Under the pieces are notes generated by a model, which had not been told where the DNA came from, ran no database searches, and worked only from the letters and a program-made list of their open reading frames with translations. DNA of 64,000 nucleotides, from contig CAVOUE010000012.1 in NCBI GenBank assembly GCA_963699545.1, positions 1-64,000 on the forward strand, read 5' to 3'. The stretch comes from Nitrospirota bacterium (GTDB lineage: Bacteria > Nitrospirota > Thermodesulfovibrionia > Thermodesulfovibrionales > UBA9159). A program made the translations under genes and the position numbers. Positions 20,038-29,622 of this stretch are shown here, in pieces (position 1 is the first letter of the stretch; each line of letters starts with the position of its first letter).

Positions 20038-20316
20038 CGCTCTACACCCTGCCAACAACCGGTTTGTTTTGTCTAAAGAAGAATACCATAAAACACGGCC
20101 CGGTACATAGAAAAAAAAGAAAGCAAATGACAAGCCGCTCTGCAAGGTGAATAAAGGTCAGGGCCACATGTTAATGCTCATTTGAATGAAGGCGGGTGAC
20201 CTTCCCCTTTTTTCGGTGAAAGGCCATAAGGCGAAAACAACTCACCCTTCATAGCTCATCCCCAGGCTGGAGAAAAGATTGTTGATCGAGGGGTTCAGAA
20301 CGTGAGGGGCAAGAAA

Positions 20317-20910
20317 CTATGCAGTCTCCGGCTTTGACCACTTTGCCAGATAAAGTTCTCCCAGGGCCTTCATAACCTTTCGCACATAATCAGGGTCCCC
20401 TCCCACGTAAGCGATCAGGGCTTTCTCAAGAGTTTTGGTTCTTGACAGATACTTCTGCAGGACATATGCGCCTGAGGCTATATTATTCGATATCTGATAG
20501 AGATCCTCTTTCTCCTGCACGATCCCCTGCTCTTTCAACTCGTCCAGCCAGGCCCGGGGTAATATACCCATAAGGCCTATAGCGCCTTTCTCGCTCTTGA
20601 CGTTCGGGTTGAAATTCGATTCCACCATGCAGATGGCCAGTATCAGATCGGCGTTGACATTGTTCACTGCGGCCCGGTATATATCCGAGAGGACCTGTTC
20701 GGACATCCCTGAGTTGTTCTTCATCCATTCCAGGATAACAGGATTCAGCTCTTCTGCCGCATACGCGGCATTTACCGGTCTGACCAGGTCTCTCGCTGCG
20801 AATACCAGCGCAAAACCTGGTATTCCTATCAGACACGAGAGGAGAATCACCATTAAGAGCACCTTCCTGGAAACCATACCTATATGGCCCTTGATATTGT
20901 CTTTCATCAT
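20317..20910 (-). CDS. Lytic transglycosylase (SLT domain)
   Basis: VESNFNP, GAIGLMGI, NIASGAYVL, ALIAYVGG; N-terminal TM segment. Confidence 0.85.
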   Translation of the reverse strand: MMKDNIKGHIGMVSRKVLLMVILLSCLIGIPGFALVFAARDLVRPVNAAYAAEELNPVILEWMKNNSGMSEQVLSDIYRAAVNNVNADLILAICMVESNFNPNVKSEKGAIGLMGILPRAWLDELKEQGIVQEKEDLYQISNNIASGAYVLQKYLSRTKTLEKALIAYVGGDPDYVRKVMKALGELYLAKWSKPETA

Positions 20911-21238
20911 ATACACCTCCAGAAGACGCTGCGTTCGCGCTCATCATCGTGCGCTGCACAGGTCTCTTCTTACGGCTTCCGCTGCACTATTGCGGCGGGA
21001 GCTAAAATCCGCTTCCGGTCTCTACGTCCCAAATTATTTTCGTGGCTGTAGTATCTGAACAGCTTGGGGTTGGGGTTTATGGGGACTCCGCGACGGGACG
21101 ATTCGTATGTACAATTAGATTACACTATTTCGGACATAAAAAGCAACAGAAAAATAACCCGGAACGAAAGCGGAGATGAGCTGACCGTTCACAGCTCATC
21201 GTAAGACGCTCAGAAGAAAGCCCGCGGAAAAGAGGAGT

Positions 21239-21922
21239 TCATGGCCTCTGGTGACTTTTCCCGACGTAAGCGTCTATGGCGGTCCTAAACTCGACAGCAA
21301 GGTCAAGGAACCTGATGCCATACTGGTTCGTATCGTGCTCCGTCGCTCTGACAGCAGACCGGACAATCTCTGCGTCTGTCCTCACATGCGTTGAATCCGG
21401 AAGGACGAACCAGCACCATATCACTTCACCTTTCAGGAGACTTTTTTCCGCATCGACGAGCATGCCCGTAATGCTAATGTTCTCAGAGTAGCCCAGGGAG
21501 GGTTTGATCCTCCCGCACTCAACTCTGATGCCTATGGGGGCCCGGTAGGTCTCCCTCGCCGGAATACTCATGAGCTGGCGCGCTTTTGCAAGCAGGATCG
21601 AAGGGTCTGCAGATCTTTCTATGAAGGCGTTCGCCCTGCATGCGGAAATCCTCCCTCTCTCCGCAGTGCTGCCGGAGTGCATCATGATCATTGAAGCCCT
21701 GCAGAGCTCCTCGCTCTTTCTGATGGTCGAACACAGCAGTTCGCCGCTCATGCCACGCGAATCGAGATCCGCGATAATGAGATCGGCCTTCTCAGCCCTG
21801 TGGATGTCCAGCGCCTCTTCGTTCGAGACAGCGGGAAATATCCTGACGTCTGCCCGCTTCAGGAAACTCTCTTTGCTCTCAAACAGCGACAGAACGTCTT
21901 CAGCGATGATGATCTTTTTCAT
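21239..21922 (-). CDS. Receiver domain plus PilZ domain protein
   Basis: IIIAED...DLIIADL; RETYR (RxxxR) and NISITG (D/NxSxxG). Confidence 0.8.
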   Translation of the reverse strand: MKKIIIAEDVLSLFESKESFLKRADVRIFPAVSNEEALDIHRAEKADLIIADLDSRGMSGELLCSTIRKSEELCRASMIMMHSGSTAERGRISACRANAFIERSADPSILLAKARQLMSIPARETYRAPIGIRVECGRIKPSLGYSENISITGMLVDAEKSLLKGEVIWCWFVLPDSTHVRTDAEIVRSAVRATEHDTNQYGIRFLDLAVEFRTAIDAYVGKSHQRP

Positions 21923-21964
21923 CTTCAGAGTGTCCGGAGCATCCCCTTATAGGGTTCGCCCACC

Positions 21965-22183
21965 TTATTTGTCCTTCATCGAAACGATGCCTTTCAGGAT
22001 AAGAATCACCCAGGGTGTTCCGTGGAGCAGGAGATCAAACCAGTCCATGGTCCGGACGAGACAGCCCTTCATGAGCATCTGGATCTTTTCCACGATGTGG
22101 GGTGGATTAAAAGGGGCAAGGCCCAGTGTCAGGCAGAGAATGATGACCACAGGCCACGATATATGCGCTAGCAACCGCTCCAC
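21965..22183 (-). CDS. Small membrane protein
   Basis: TLGLAPFNPPHIVEK...DWFDLLLHGTPW, two hydrophobic segments. Confidence 0.7.
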   Translation of the reverse strand: MERLLAHISWPVVIILCLTLGLAPFNPPHIVEKIQMLMKGCLVRTMDWFDLLLHGTPWVILILKGIVSMKDK

Positions 22184-22288
22184 GATAGAAGTATATCACA
22201 GGATAGCCCTTCCACCGCTTGGAACAACGCAACAGTTCAGGAGTGCTGAAGTTCCACGGCACAAAAATCCCCGTTTCAAAACACAAAA

Positions 22289-23245
22289 TCAGGACGGCCC
22301 GGTCACGGCCTTTTGCATCTCCACGTAATGCGCCGCAGCCAGCGCGGCTATACATCCATCGGCGGCAGCGACCACGATCTGGTTGGCAAACTTTTGCCTC
22401 AGGTCACCCACAGCGAAGATGCCAGGAACGCTCGTCTCACACTTCTCATCGGTGATCACGAAGCCCCGTTCGTTTATCCGCACCGCAGAGGGGATCAGTT
22501 GATTGTTGGGAGAATAGCCGATAAAAATAAAGACACCGTCAGTGGGAAGCTCCCCCTTTTCCCCGGTTTCGGTATTCTCGATAGAGACGGCGCCGACCGT
22601 TCGCCCGTCCCCCTTGATTTCCGTAATAAGCGTGTTCCAGATTACCTCGATCGCGGGCTCAGCCATAAGACGACTTTGGAGCATCTTGCCTGCCCGCAAC
22701 GCATTTCCCCTGTGAACGAGGTATGCTTTCTTCGAGATCTTGGACAGGTACAATGCCTCCTCCACGGCCGTGTCGCCGCCGCCAACAACAACAACGGTCT
22801 TATCTCTGAAAAAGAACCCGTCACATGTACCACAGTAGGAAACACCACTCCCGAGGTATTCGGCCTCACCGGGTATGCCGAGCTTTCGCACGGTTCCGCC
22901 CACTGCAAGGATCAGGGCAACGGTGTGGAGCAGATCGCCGTTGGCCAGCCGCACCGCGTGAAGATCTGGGCCGGCGCTTATTGCGGCAACCTCCTGCTGC
23001 AGAACGGACAGGCCGAAAGACCGGGCATGATGGAGCATTTTCTCCGCCAGATCAAATCCGGTTATGCCCTCCACGCCCGGGTAATTCTCCACGTCTTTCG
23101 ATATGGCGATCTGTCCACCGGGCAATCCTTTCTCGAACAGGACCGTGTTCAGAGCAGCTCTTTTGCAATAGAGCCCGGCGGCAAGCCCCGCAGGCCCTCC
23201 TCCCACAATGATCACTTCATAGGTTTGCACCGCGCTTTCAGTCAA
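22289..23245 (-). CDS. trxB: Thioredoxin-disulfide reductase
   Basis: GGGPAG, GVSYCGTCDG, GGGDTAVEEA, FAVGD. Confidence 0.92.
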   Translation of the reverse strand: MTESAVQTYEVIIVGGGPAGLAAGLYCKRAALNTVLFEKGLPGGQIAISKDVENYPGVEGITGFDLAEKMLHHARSFGLSVLQQEVAAISAGPDLHAVRLANGDLLHTVALILAVGGTVRKLGIPGEAEYLGSGVSYCGTCDGFFFRDKTVVVVGGGDTAVEEALYLSKISKKAYLVHRGNALRAGKMLQSRLMAEPAIEVIWNTLITEIKGDGRTVGAVSIENTETGEKGELPTDGVFIFIGYSPNNQLIPSAVRINERGFVITDEKCETSVPGIFAVGDLRQKFANQIVVAAADGCIAALAAAHYVEMQKAVTGPS

Positions 23246-23484
23246 GAAGAACCTCCTGAAGAAATTCTAGTAATTCTGAGAAGGAAATGCAAGCGAGTGT
23301 ACACCTTTCACAGCTCATTGCTCAATGATCGGGATAACTCTCGGCCCTGCACCGCTGATTTCGATCCACTGGACAATAGGTATCAGCATGCTACAATGTA
23401 TACGGATCCATTACACAACATAACGTCATGTAAGAATGTTGTGTGAATTGTGCTAATAAGAAGCACGGGAAAGGAGAAAACACC

Positions 23485-23805
23485 ATGAAGTATTTGGTAG
23501 TCGGTTCAGGTGGGCCGGGATTTGCTTCTCCGGAAGAAGCAGTCGAGGTGTTGGAAGAAATAATACTTCCAAGCTTTGATCAACTCATCAAGCTGGAGAA
23601 GGAGAAAAAAATTCTCGCTGGCGGTCTCCCTGTGGGAGACAGGGCATTTGTGTTTATCGTGGAAGCGTCTTCCAATGAAGAGCTGGATCAGATGCTGCGC
23701 AAGCTTCCTCTGTGGGGGTCGCTTGATTGGCAGGTCACCGCACTCCAAACCTTCGCGGGCAGAGCAACCCAGGAACGGAGCATCGTAAAAGGACTTAAGA
23801 AGTAA
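23485..23805 (+). CDS. Muconolactone isomerase-like small protein
   Basis: GG...AFVFIVEASSNEELDQMLRKLPLW; AGGAG RBS. Confidence 0.65.
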   Translation: MKYLVVGSGGPGFASPEEAVEVLEEIILPSFDQLIKLEKEKKILAGGLPVGDRAFVFIVEASSNEELDQMLRKLPLWGSLDWQVTALQTFAGRATQERSIVKGLKK

Positions 23806-23815
23806 CGGCTGTCCA

Positions 23816-23852
23816 AAGAGAAGGCGCCGGGAATTTTCCGGCGCCTTCTCTT
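23816..23852. terminator. Bidirectional terminator between convergent genes
   Basis: AAGAGAAGGCGCCGG...CCGGCGCCTTCTCTT. Confidence 0.8.
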
Positions 23853-23884
23853 TGGAAGCACGGTCACGTCAGCACCGTTCCTCT

Positions 23885-24274
23885 TTATTGGTCATAACAG
23901 GCCAGAAACAGAGGAGCGATGTCAATGGCATCCGCAAAAAGGCTACCGCCTTCTTCGTGGTACGTCACTGTCACCCTCTCACCGACCTCGATGTCTTCGA
24001 GAGCCTTGTTCTGGTAACATCTTATCACATTTGTCATTTGGTCAAAGGTGAATGTGTATCCACCACCCGTCCACATGGAGAACGATTCTACTGCCTCAAT
24101 TGGCCGCACAGTGAGCGTTCTCCCGTAGCTGTCAACCGCTATGACCTCTCCCTTAAGGATGGCCATGCCTTCCGCGGCAACGGCATAATGTGTAAACGAT
24201 AGAACAAAGAGCACCGCAACAGCCGTCACAAGCACATAGGCTGCAAGACTCGCCGGTTCTCCGCCCTTTTTCAT
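23885..24274 (-). CDS. Exported hypothetical protein (OB-fold-like beta pattern)
   Basis: Signal peptide; GEVIAVD...TLTV...LEDIEVGERVTVTY. Confidence 0.65.
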   Translation of the reverse strand: MKKGGEPASLAAYVLVTAVAVLFVLSFTHYAVAAEGMAILKGEVIAVDSYGRTLTVRPIEAVESFSMWTGGGYTFTFDQMTNVIRCYQNKALEDIEVGERVTVTYHEEGGSLFADAIDIAPLFLACYDQ

Positions 24275-24708
24275 GTATGTTCATTTTACCGAACATAATC
24301 ATCATCCCTTTCTTTTTACGACCTTACTACGTGCAGAACCTTGATTCTGCACCTTTCTTGATTCCAATATACAATATGTTGCACAGATTAGCAACTCGGA
24401 AACTTACTCCTCTTGGCGGAGATTTTCCGGAATTTCTCCTGAAAACCGTAAAATCGCTTTTTTTACGAAATTCTCAGCCCGTTGCCCCTGAATTTCGCTT
24501 CTTGCCCTATGCTTGGATACTTAGCTCAGTACGCACAGAGGTGAATCTCGACTGAGGTCCGAAACATGGGCGGGTAGTGTCCTTCCTGGAGTCTTCACAT
24601 AGTGGGCATGATATAATGGTGCAGGGTACAAACTGAAATCGGTTGCATTTATGAAAGATCCAGTGATATTGTTTTCATCGCATGGAATAATGCGTTTCTG
24701 TCAAGCGT

Positions 24709-25974
24709 ATGCTTTATACAAAATCGGTCAAAGAAATTAGTTATCAAGATGTTCTGGATTTTTGTAATTCAGGTCATGAGGAAGGTTTCATTCTTGAATA
24801 CAAGAAAGATTTCCCGAACAATGAAATTATCGCAAAGACCATTGCTGCTTTTGCTAACACTTTTGGTGGGCTGCTGATTATCGGCGTGAATGCGCCTGCG
24901 GGGAAACCCATTCCTCCTTTTGAAGGAATTACTTTTGACCCGCTTCAAAAATATGAAGAAAAAATCGAAAATATAGTGCTGTCTCACATCAGAGAACCGA
25001 TATTTCCGGAGGTCCGCGTTTGTGATCCAGTAAACGGTAAGACGTTCATAGTGGTTCGCGTCGAAGAAAGCCATTTGACTCCTCATAGGGTTTCAAAAAA
25101 TACAAGAACTTACGTCCGAACAGGACAAAACAGTACGCCTAGTGAAGAGGCTACATGGGACAAGATTGAGTGGCTCGCCACAAGAAGAACAAAATCCGAT
25201 GGACTTCGAGAGATTCTAATTAACGAATCTGAGCGTTATTTTTGTGATGCATGCAAATTGCGCGGCATAGATGTCAGCGACAAATCACACTACTTTGCTG
25301 TGCTTTCATTGAGGGCCATCCCGCTCTTCCCCCAGAACCCTCTTATTCCTTACAAAGACATGGCGAGTATAGAGAATGACATTAGGATTCCTGGGAATAG
25401 ACCTTTTCCGGTCAGATTCTACAATCCCGATTTGATTCAAAATGGCGTCCGCAAATTGTCTTTCTCTAGTGGTGAAAAACCAACCCATGGTGTTGCGTTT
25501 GAGTATACACATCTCAACACCTTTGGCCTCTATCTTTGGAAAGGGGATATTGGCGAATTAGAAAAAAAGGAAATCAAAGAACAGGACGGTGCCACTTCGT
25601 CGATTATGATCAGGCGATTGGATTTTTATCGCATCCTATATGCCCTATATGAATTCCTCAGTTCCTCAGCTCTTTTCTATAAGAAGCTTGGCTATTGGGG
25701 CTCGATACAGGTTGTGGTCGAGCTTAAGAATGGTCTTGGTGTGCGCATAGAACATCCTTTAAGAAGTACGATGTTCGGCGTCTCAGAAGATTTGGAAATA
25801 CCGAGCGATGACTTGAAATGGGAAAAAGTGGTGTCTTCCATATTTCTTCAAGACAGAAAGAGGGAATTAACAGTGGAAATGCTTGATGCTATCGGATGGT
25901 CGCTTAATATTAGGCATCTGAATGAAGAGCATATCAGGAAGGGTTTGGATGCGAATTTTGGCATAGAAAAATAG
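24709..25974 (+). CDS. AlbA_2 (Schlafen-like) domain protein
   Basis: EGFILEYKKD...IAAFANTFGGLLIIGV, YVRTG; AT-rich. Confidence 0.85.
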   Translation: MLYTKSVKEISYQDVLDFCNSGHEEGFILEYKKDFPNNEIIAKTIAAFANTFGGLLIIGVNAPAGKPIPPFEGITFDPLQKYEEKIENIVLSHIREPIFPEVRVCDPVNGKTFIVVRVEESHLTPHRVSKNTRTYVRTGQNSTPSEEATWDKIEWLATRRTKSDGLREILINESERYFCDACKLRGIDVSDKSHYFAVLSLRAIPLFPQNPLIPYKDMASIENDIRIPGNRPFPVRFYNPDLIQNGVRKLSFSSGEKPTHGVAFEYTHLNTFGLYLWKGDIGELEKKEIKEQDGATSSIMIRRLDFYRILYALYEFLSSSALFYKKLGYWGSIQVVVELKNGLGVRIEHPLRSTMFGVSEDLEIPSDDLKWEKVVSSIFLQDRKRELTVEMLDAIGWSLNIRHLNEEHIRKGLDANFGIEK

Positions 25975-26076
25975 CGGAATGATAACCAAGTGTCTTCTTG
26001 TAATTCACGTTTCACAAAAAAGTAAAGATGATGTAGAGTAGAACCAGAAGTCTATCGTGGGAATGGGAGGTGTAGC

Positions 26077-26349
26077 GTGAAAATATTAGTTTTGGTAATG
26101 TTAGTGGTGCTGTCAGTGCCGTCAGTATCATTCGGATGCAGGTTTGACGTGGACTGCGACATTGGACAGAGATGCGTAAAAAGCTCGATGCAGAATGAGG
26201 GAAGGTGTATGTCAGCCGATGATTTAATCAGAGATAACAGGTCTACTACTAATCCTGTCAACGTCCAACCAGCTAGGCCTCCAAGAGGCCCGTTGAGCTG
26301 TCCTCCAGGATATATTTACGACTGGAATAGCCAGACTTGTACCAGATAA
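26077..26349 (+). CDS. Small secreted Cys-rich protein
   Basis: GGAGG RBS, signal peptide, six Cys. Confidence 0.6.
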   Translation: MKILVLVMLVVLSVPSVSFGCRFDVDCDIGQRCVKSSMQNEGRCMSADDLIRDNRSTTNPVNVQPARPPRGPLSCPPGYIYDWNSQTCTR

Positions 26350-26514
26350 GAAATTTGATAGATACCACGCTAAATACGTTGGAAGGTATCATCCTAATGC
26401 TGTCAAATGTCGCCTCTCGCACCTCCGCAGCTGTCCCGGACAGCGTGTCTTTATGGCTTTTCCTTCGTTCCCGTTGTATATTCAAACATCGACCTTAAAA
26501 GGAGGGACGCAACT

Positions 26515-26742
26515 ATGTCTTATTCTTTGGAACTCAAGTCAGTCGGACCCAAAGCTGGGGACCCGCCGGGATCTGCACTATCTCACATTTACATTAAGCA
26601 TAACCACGGCACAGATAAGGACGGCGATATTATCATCACTGCCGATTGTTTCGGCCTATCCGCAATGGAAAGAGAGATTGACCGGCTTATAGAAGAACTC
26701 AAAGACATCAGGGAAAAGGCAAAGCGCCTTTACAAAAAGTAG
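26515..26742 (+). CDS. Small hypothetical protein
   Basis: AGGAGG RBS; C-terminal amphipathic helix EIDRLIEELKDIREKAK. Confidence 0.6.
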   Translation: MSYSLELKSVGPKAGDPPGSALSHIYIKHNHGTDKDGDIIITADCFGLSAMEREIDRLIEELKDIREKAKRLYKK

Positions 26743-26858
26743 GGTGCACTATGGGAATCCCCGTATTACTTCATCAAGAGAATGGAGCCGGAGCCGGCTT
26801 CTCACGGGAGACCGCAACCCTCGTAAGGCGACTCGCCACGAAAAATGGAGGGAATAAT

Positions 26859-27284
26859 TTGAAAGCGAAATCATCAATTATAATTCTATGTGTACTGTTT
26901 GTAATCTTTGTGCACTCGTTATCTTCTTTTTCCGAAAACCGACCGACGAAACTCCCCGCCGGTGCACAACCTTATACTCCTTCCCGGTTAGAGTGGCTTG
27001 CTCTTGAATTGAACGCTGAACAACGAATAGAGCTGTCTGAAGAAAGTGGCTTTGCCATGACTTTCGTCCCAGTGGAGAACGAAAACGCCATTCTTATTTT
27101 TGTCAGGTATCTTGAAAATGTGAACCGCGAGATTATGAATACGAACATAGATACCGCAAGAAAGGTTATTTCTATGAAGGCAAAGTCGCATGGATGGGAT
27201 TCATGGCTAAAGGTCAAGGAAGATGTGCAAATGTCAAAACCGCGTGTTGGCGATGTTACGCACAAGCCTGGAACAACAAAATAG
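26859..27284 (+). CDS. Exported hypothetical protein (TTG start)
   Basis: GGAGG RBS before TTG; hydrophobic N-terminus; PYTPSRLEWLA. Confidence 0.6.
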   Translation: MKAKSSIIILCVLFVIFVHSLSSFSENRPTKLPAGAQPYTPSRLEWLALELNAEQRIELSEESGFAMTFVPVENENAILIFVRYLENVNREIMNTNIDTARKVISMKAKSHGWDSWLKVKEDVQMSKPRVGDVTHKPGTTK

Positions 27285-27352
27285 GGTCAGCGCCTGTTTA
27301 AAACACGAGGCTGCCCAACCAGTTGTCCCGCCGCGAAGCTGCTGAACTCATT

Positions 27353-27440
27353 ATTGCCGCTGATTTCTTCCGAAAATCGTCACTGTTGCAATTAGCTGAA
27401 CCACGTTTGTAAGTCGGTGTACTCCTTATGCAAGGGGCTG
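27353..27440 (+). repeat. Truncated copy C of the 134-bp element
   Basis: GATTTCTTCCGAAAATCGTCACTGTTGCAATTAGCTGAA...GTCGGTGTACTCC aligns with copy B minus strand GATTTCTCTCGAAAATCTTTACTGTTGCAATAAATTGAA...GTCGGTGAACTCC. Confidence 0.7.
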
Positions 27441-27490
27441 ATTGATACTTGTCTGCCAAGCCGTAGGATGCACAAAAACCAACCCTCTCA

Positions 27491-27847
27491 TCAAGACTGC
27501 CGGCGGCCTCCTTTCCCCGTCAGGTAATCTCCGAGAAGCCCCCTGCTGTGCTCGTCATCATGACAATAGACACACAGGTTCTCCCAATTGGAGCCATCCG
27601 CCGGGTTATTCTGGTGATTCCCGTCTTTATGGTGCACAGTAAGAAGATTCCGGTTCTTGAAATCGAACTCTCTCCCGCATTTGGCGCAGATCAGGCCGTG
27701 AATCCTCAGGGACTGTTCCCTGTAATCGGACATAACCGCATCCTTTCTCAATTCCCTGACGATTTCAGCAGCGGTCTTGTCCGCGGCGGGCTTCTGCGGC
27801 TGAGGCTTTCTGAATTTTATACGTTTTCTGTTTCCCAGGAAACTCAC
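27491..27847 (-). CDS. yajD: YajD-family HNH nuclease
   Basis: YREQSL...CAKCGREF...LTVHHKDGNHQNNPADGSNWENLCVYCHDDEH. Confidence 0.85.
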   Translation of the reverse strand: MSFLGNRKRIKFRKPQPQKPAADKTAAEIVRELRKDAVMSDYREQSLRIHGLICAKCGREFDFKNRNLLTVHHKDGNHQNNPADGSNWENLCVYCHDDEHSRGLLGDYLTGKGGRRQS

Positions 27848-27931
27848 CTCCTATAACGCAACGTTCAAATCGAAAAGGCGGATGAAAACCCATACGCTTA
27901 TTATAAACGCTCTTCGAAAAAAGGGGGAAGG

Positions 27932-28064
27932 GAGCCTGTCTATAAACTCAGTATTTGTCATCCTCCGGCTTGACCGGGGGATCCAGAATGTATTGAAAAA
28001 GCTGGATTCCCGCCTTCGTGGGAATGACGACTTTTTATGGAAATGGTAGTTTTTAGACAGGCTC
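27932..28064. mobile_element. MITE-like palindromic element (133 bp)
   Basis: TIR GAGCCTGTCTATAAACT / AGTTTTTAGACAGGCTC (16 of 17 match); inner GTCATCC...GGATCCAG and CTGGATTCCC...GGGAATGAC. Confidence 0.8.
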
Positions 28065-28108
28065 AAGGACTGCTTTTCTCGCTTGGAAGCTCGGGAATGC
28101 CTCCGTTG

Positions 28109-29278
28109 CTATGTAACGATACTGCTTGTCTTATCCTTCCTGCTGCCCTCGTACAATTCATACTCAAGGAGCCTGCACTCGATGGCGGCGTTAAAGAAGG
28201 GTATCCTTCGTTGCGCTTTCAACCCCACCTTTTTTGCCAGGTCAGGGTTGCCGGTGAAAATATATCCTGCATATCCCCTGCATTTCTGCTTAAAGTAATC
28301 CCCGATACCCTTGTACACACTCTCAAGCTCTTTGACCTTCCCCATTCTTTCTCCATATTCGGGGTTGAGGATCACTATTCCCTTTCCGTCGGGAATGGGG
28401 GTCTCGAAATATTCGCATGCATCGAATTCGATCAGGTGCTCCACGCCCGCAGTAGCAGCATTCTTCCTCGCCGCCTCAACCGCTTCTCTCCTGATATCGG
28501 TAGCAATGATCCTGGAGCTCAATGTTTTTTTTGTCGCTTTTTTTGCCTGTGCACGCAGATCGCTCCACAGGGATTCATTAAATCCCTTGAGATGCATGAA
28601 CCCGTAATTATCCCGCACCATCCCCGAAGCCCTGTTCAGTCCTGCGAGGGCAGCCTCTATGGCGAGGGTGCCGCTGCCGCACATGGGATTGATGAAATGG
28701 CTGCTGCCGTCCCATCCGGTAGCCCGGATGACAGCGGCAGCAAGGGTCTCCTGCATGGGCGCTGTCATAGGGATCTTTCTGTATCCGCGCCGGGAGAGAG
28801 GTTCTCCCGAGGTATCAAGATACACAGAGCAGCTGTCGTCCTTCCAGTAGAGGGTGACCACGGTCCTGTCCCGGTCAGGACCTGAATCGGGACGCCTCTC
28901 GCACTTTTCCTTGATCCTGTCCACAATGGCATCCTTGCACTTCACATTCGCATAACGCGAGTCCCTGATGCTCGGATTATCCACACTGGAGGTTACGCAG
29001 ACATATCCATCCTCGGCTATATAGTCCTCCCATGCCATTTCAGACACGGCGCGATAAAGGGCATCGGCATCACGAGCGGCGAATTCCGAGAGGTGAAAGA
29101 GGACACGATGTGCCGTGCGAAGCAGGAGATTCAGCCGGAGGGTATCATCGATCGTCCCCTCGGTGGCTATGCCTGCAATGGTCTCAGAGAGCACCGGAAA
29201 TCCCAGCTGAAGGACCTCTTCCTTCAGAAAGGGCGCTATCCCTTTTGCACAGGTGATCAGTATCCTGCTTTTCTTCAT
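28109..29278 (-). CDS. THUMP-domain RNA methyltransferase (RlmL-like)
   Basis: LDTSGEPLSRRGYR, APMQETLAAA, PMCGSGT, NPEYGER. Confidence 0.88.
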   Translation of the reverse strand: MKKSRILITCAKGIAPFLKEEVLQLGFPVLSETIAGIATEGTIDDTLRLNLLLRTAHRVLFHLSEFAARDADALYRAVSEMAWEDYIAEDGYVCVTSSVDNPSIRDSRYANVKCKDAIVDRIKEKCERRPDSGPDRDRTVVTLYWKDDSCSVYLDTSGEPLSRRGYRKIPMTAPMQETLAAAVIRATGWDGSSHFINPMCGSGTLAIEAALAGLNRASGMVRDNYGFMHLKGFNESLWSDLRAQAKKATKKTLSSRIIATDIRREAVEAARKNAATAGVEHLIEFDACEYFETPIPDGKGIVILNPEYGERMGKVKELESVYKGIGDYFKQKCRGYAGYIFTGNPDLAKKVGLKAQRRIPFFNAAIECRLLEYELYEGSRKDKTSSIVT

Positions 29279-29362
29279 GCCTTCTTTTCTTTTTTGATTA
29301 CCCGATCACCGCCTCCCAACCAGGCCTATACAGCGCGTGAGGGCAACAGTGAAGGTGATCGC

Positions 29363-29566
29363 TTATCTTCTTTTCTCGTCCGATGCATTGTTCCGGGCTG
29401 TGCGGGCGATAACGAAATCCCCAGGCTCAAGCTCAGGGTCTTTTTCGAGTTCCTCAACAAACACCATGATGGCCTTTCGCATAAAGGCCGAGAAGTGTGC
29501 GGCCCTCGGTAATGCATGAATCCTCTGACGTGTATTTTCATCAATAGTCGCTGTGTACTTTGCCAT
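29363..29566 (-). CDS. Small hypothetical protein, possible ribbon-helix-helix
   Basis: AAGGAG RBS; KYTATID strand then two helices (FSAFMRKAI). Confidence 0.55.
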   Translation of the reverse strand: MAKYTATIDENTRQRIHALPRAAHFSAFMRKAIMVFVEELEKDPELEPGDFVIARTARNNASDEKRR

Positions 29567-29622
29567 GATTGCTCCTTATTCCTCTGGTTAATGAGACCCG
29601 GGCTGATTGAAATGCCTCGGCA

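Noticed and set aside
20180-20275. Riboswitch upstream of the DUF4388 gene
   Set aside because: Only partial pairing (GGGTGA/TCACCC); no c-di-GMP or other aptamer consensus recognised.
24520-24580. Hammerhead-like CTGAG...GAAAC
   Set aside because: Lacks the CUGANGA core and stem II.
27851-28066. 71-aa ORF
   Set aside because: Is mainly a translation of the MITE palindrome (SSFPRRRES).
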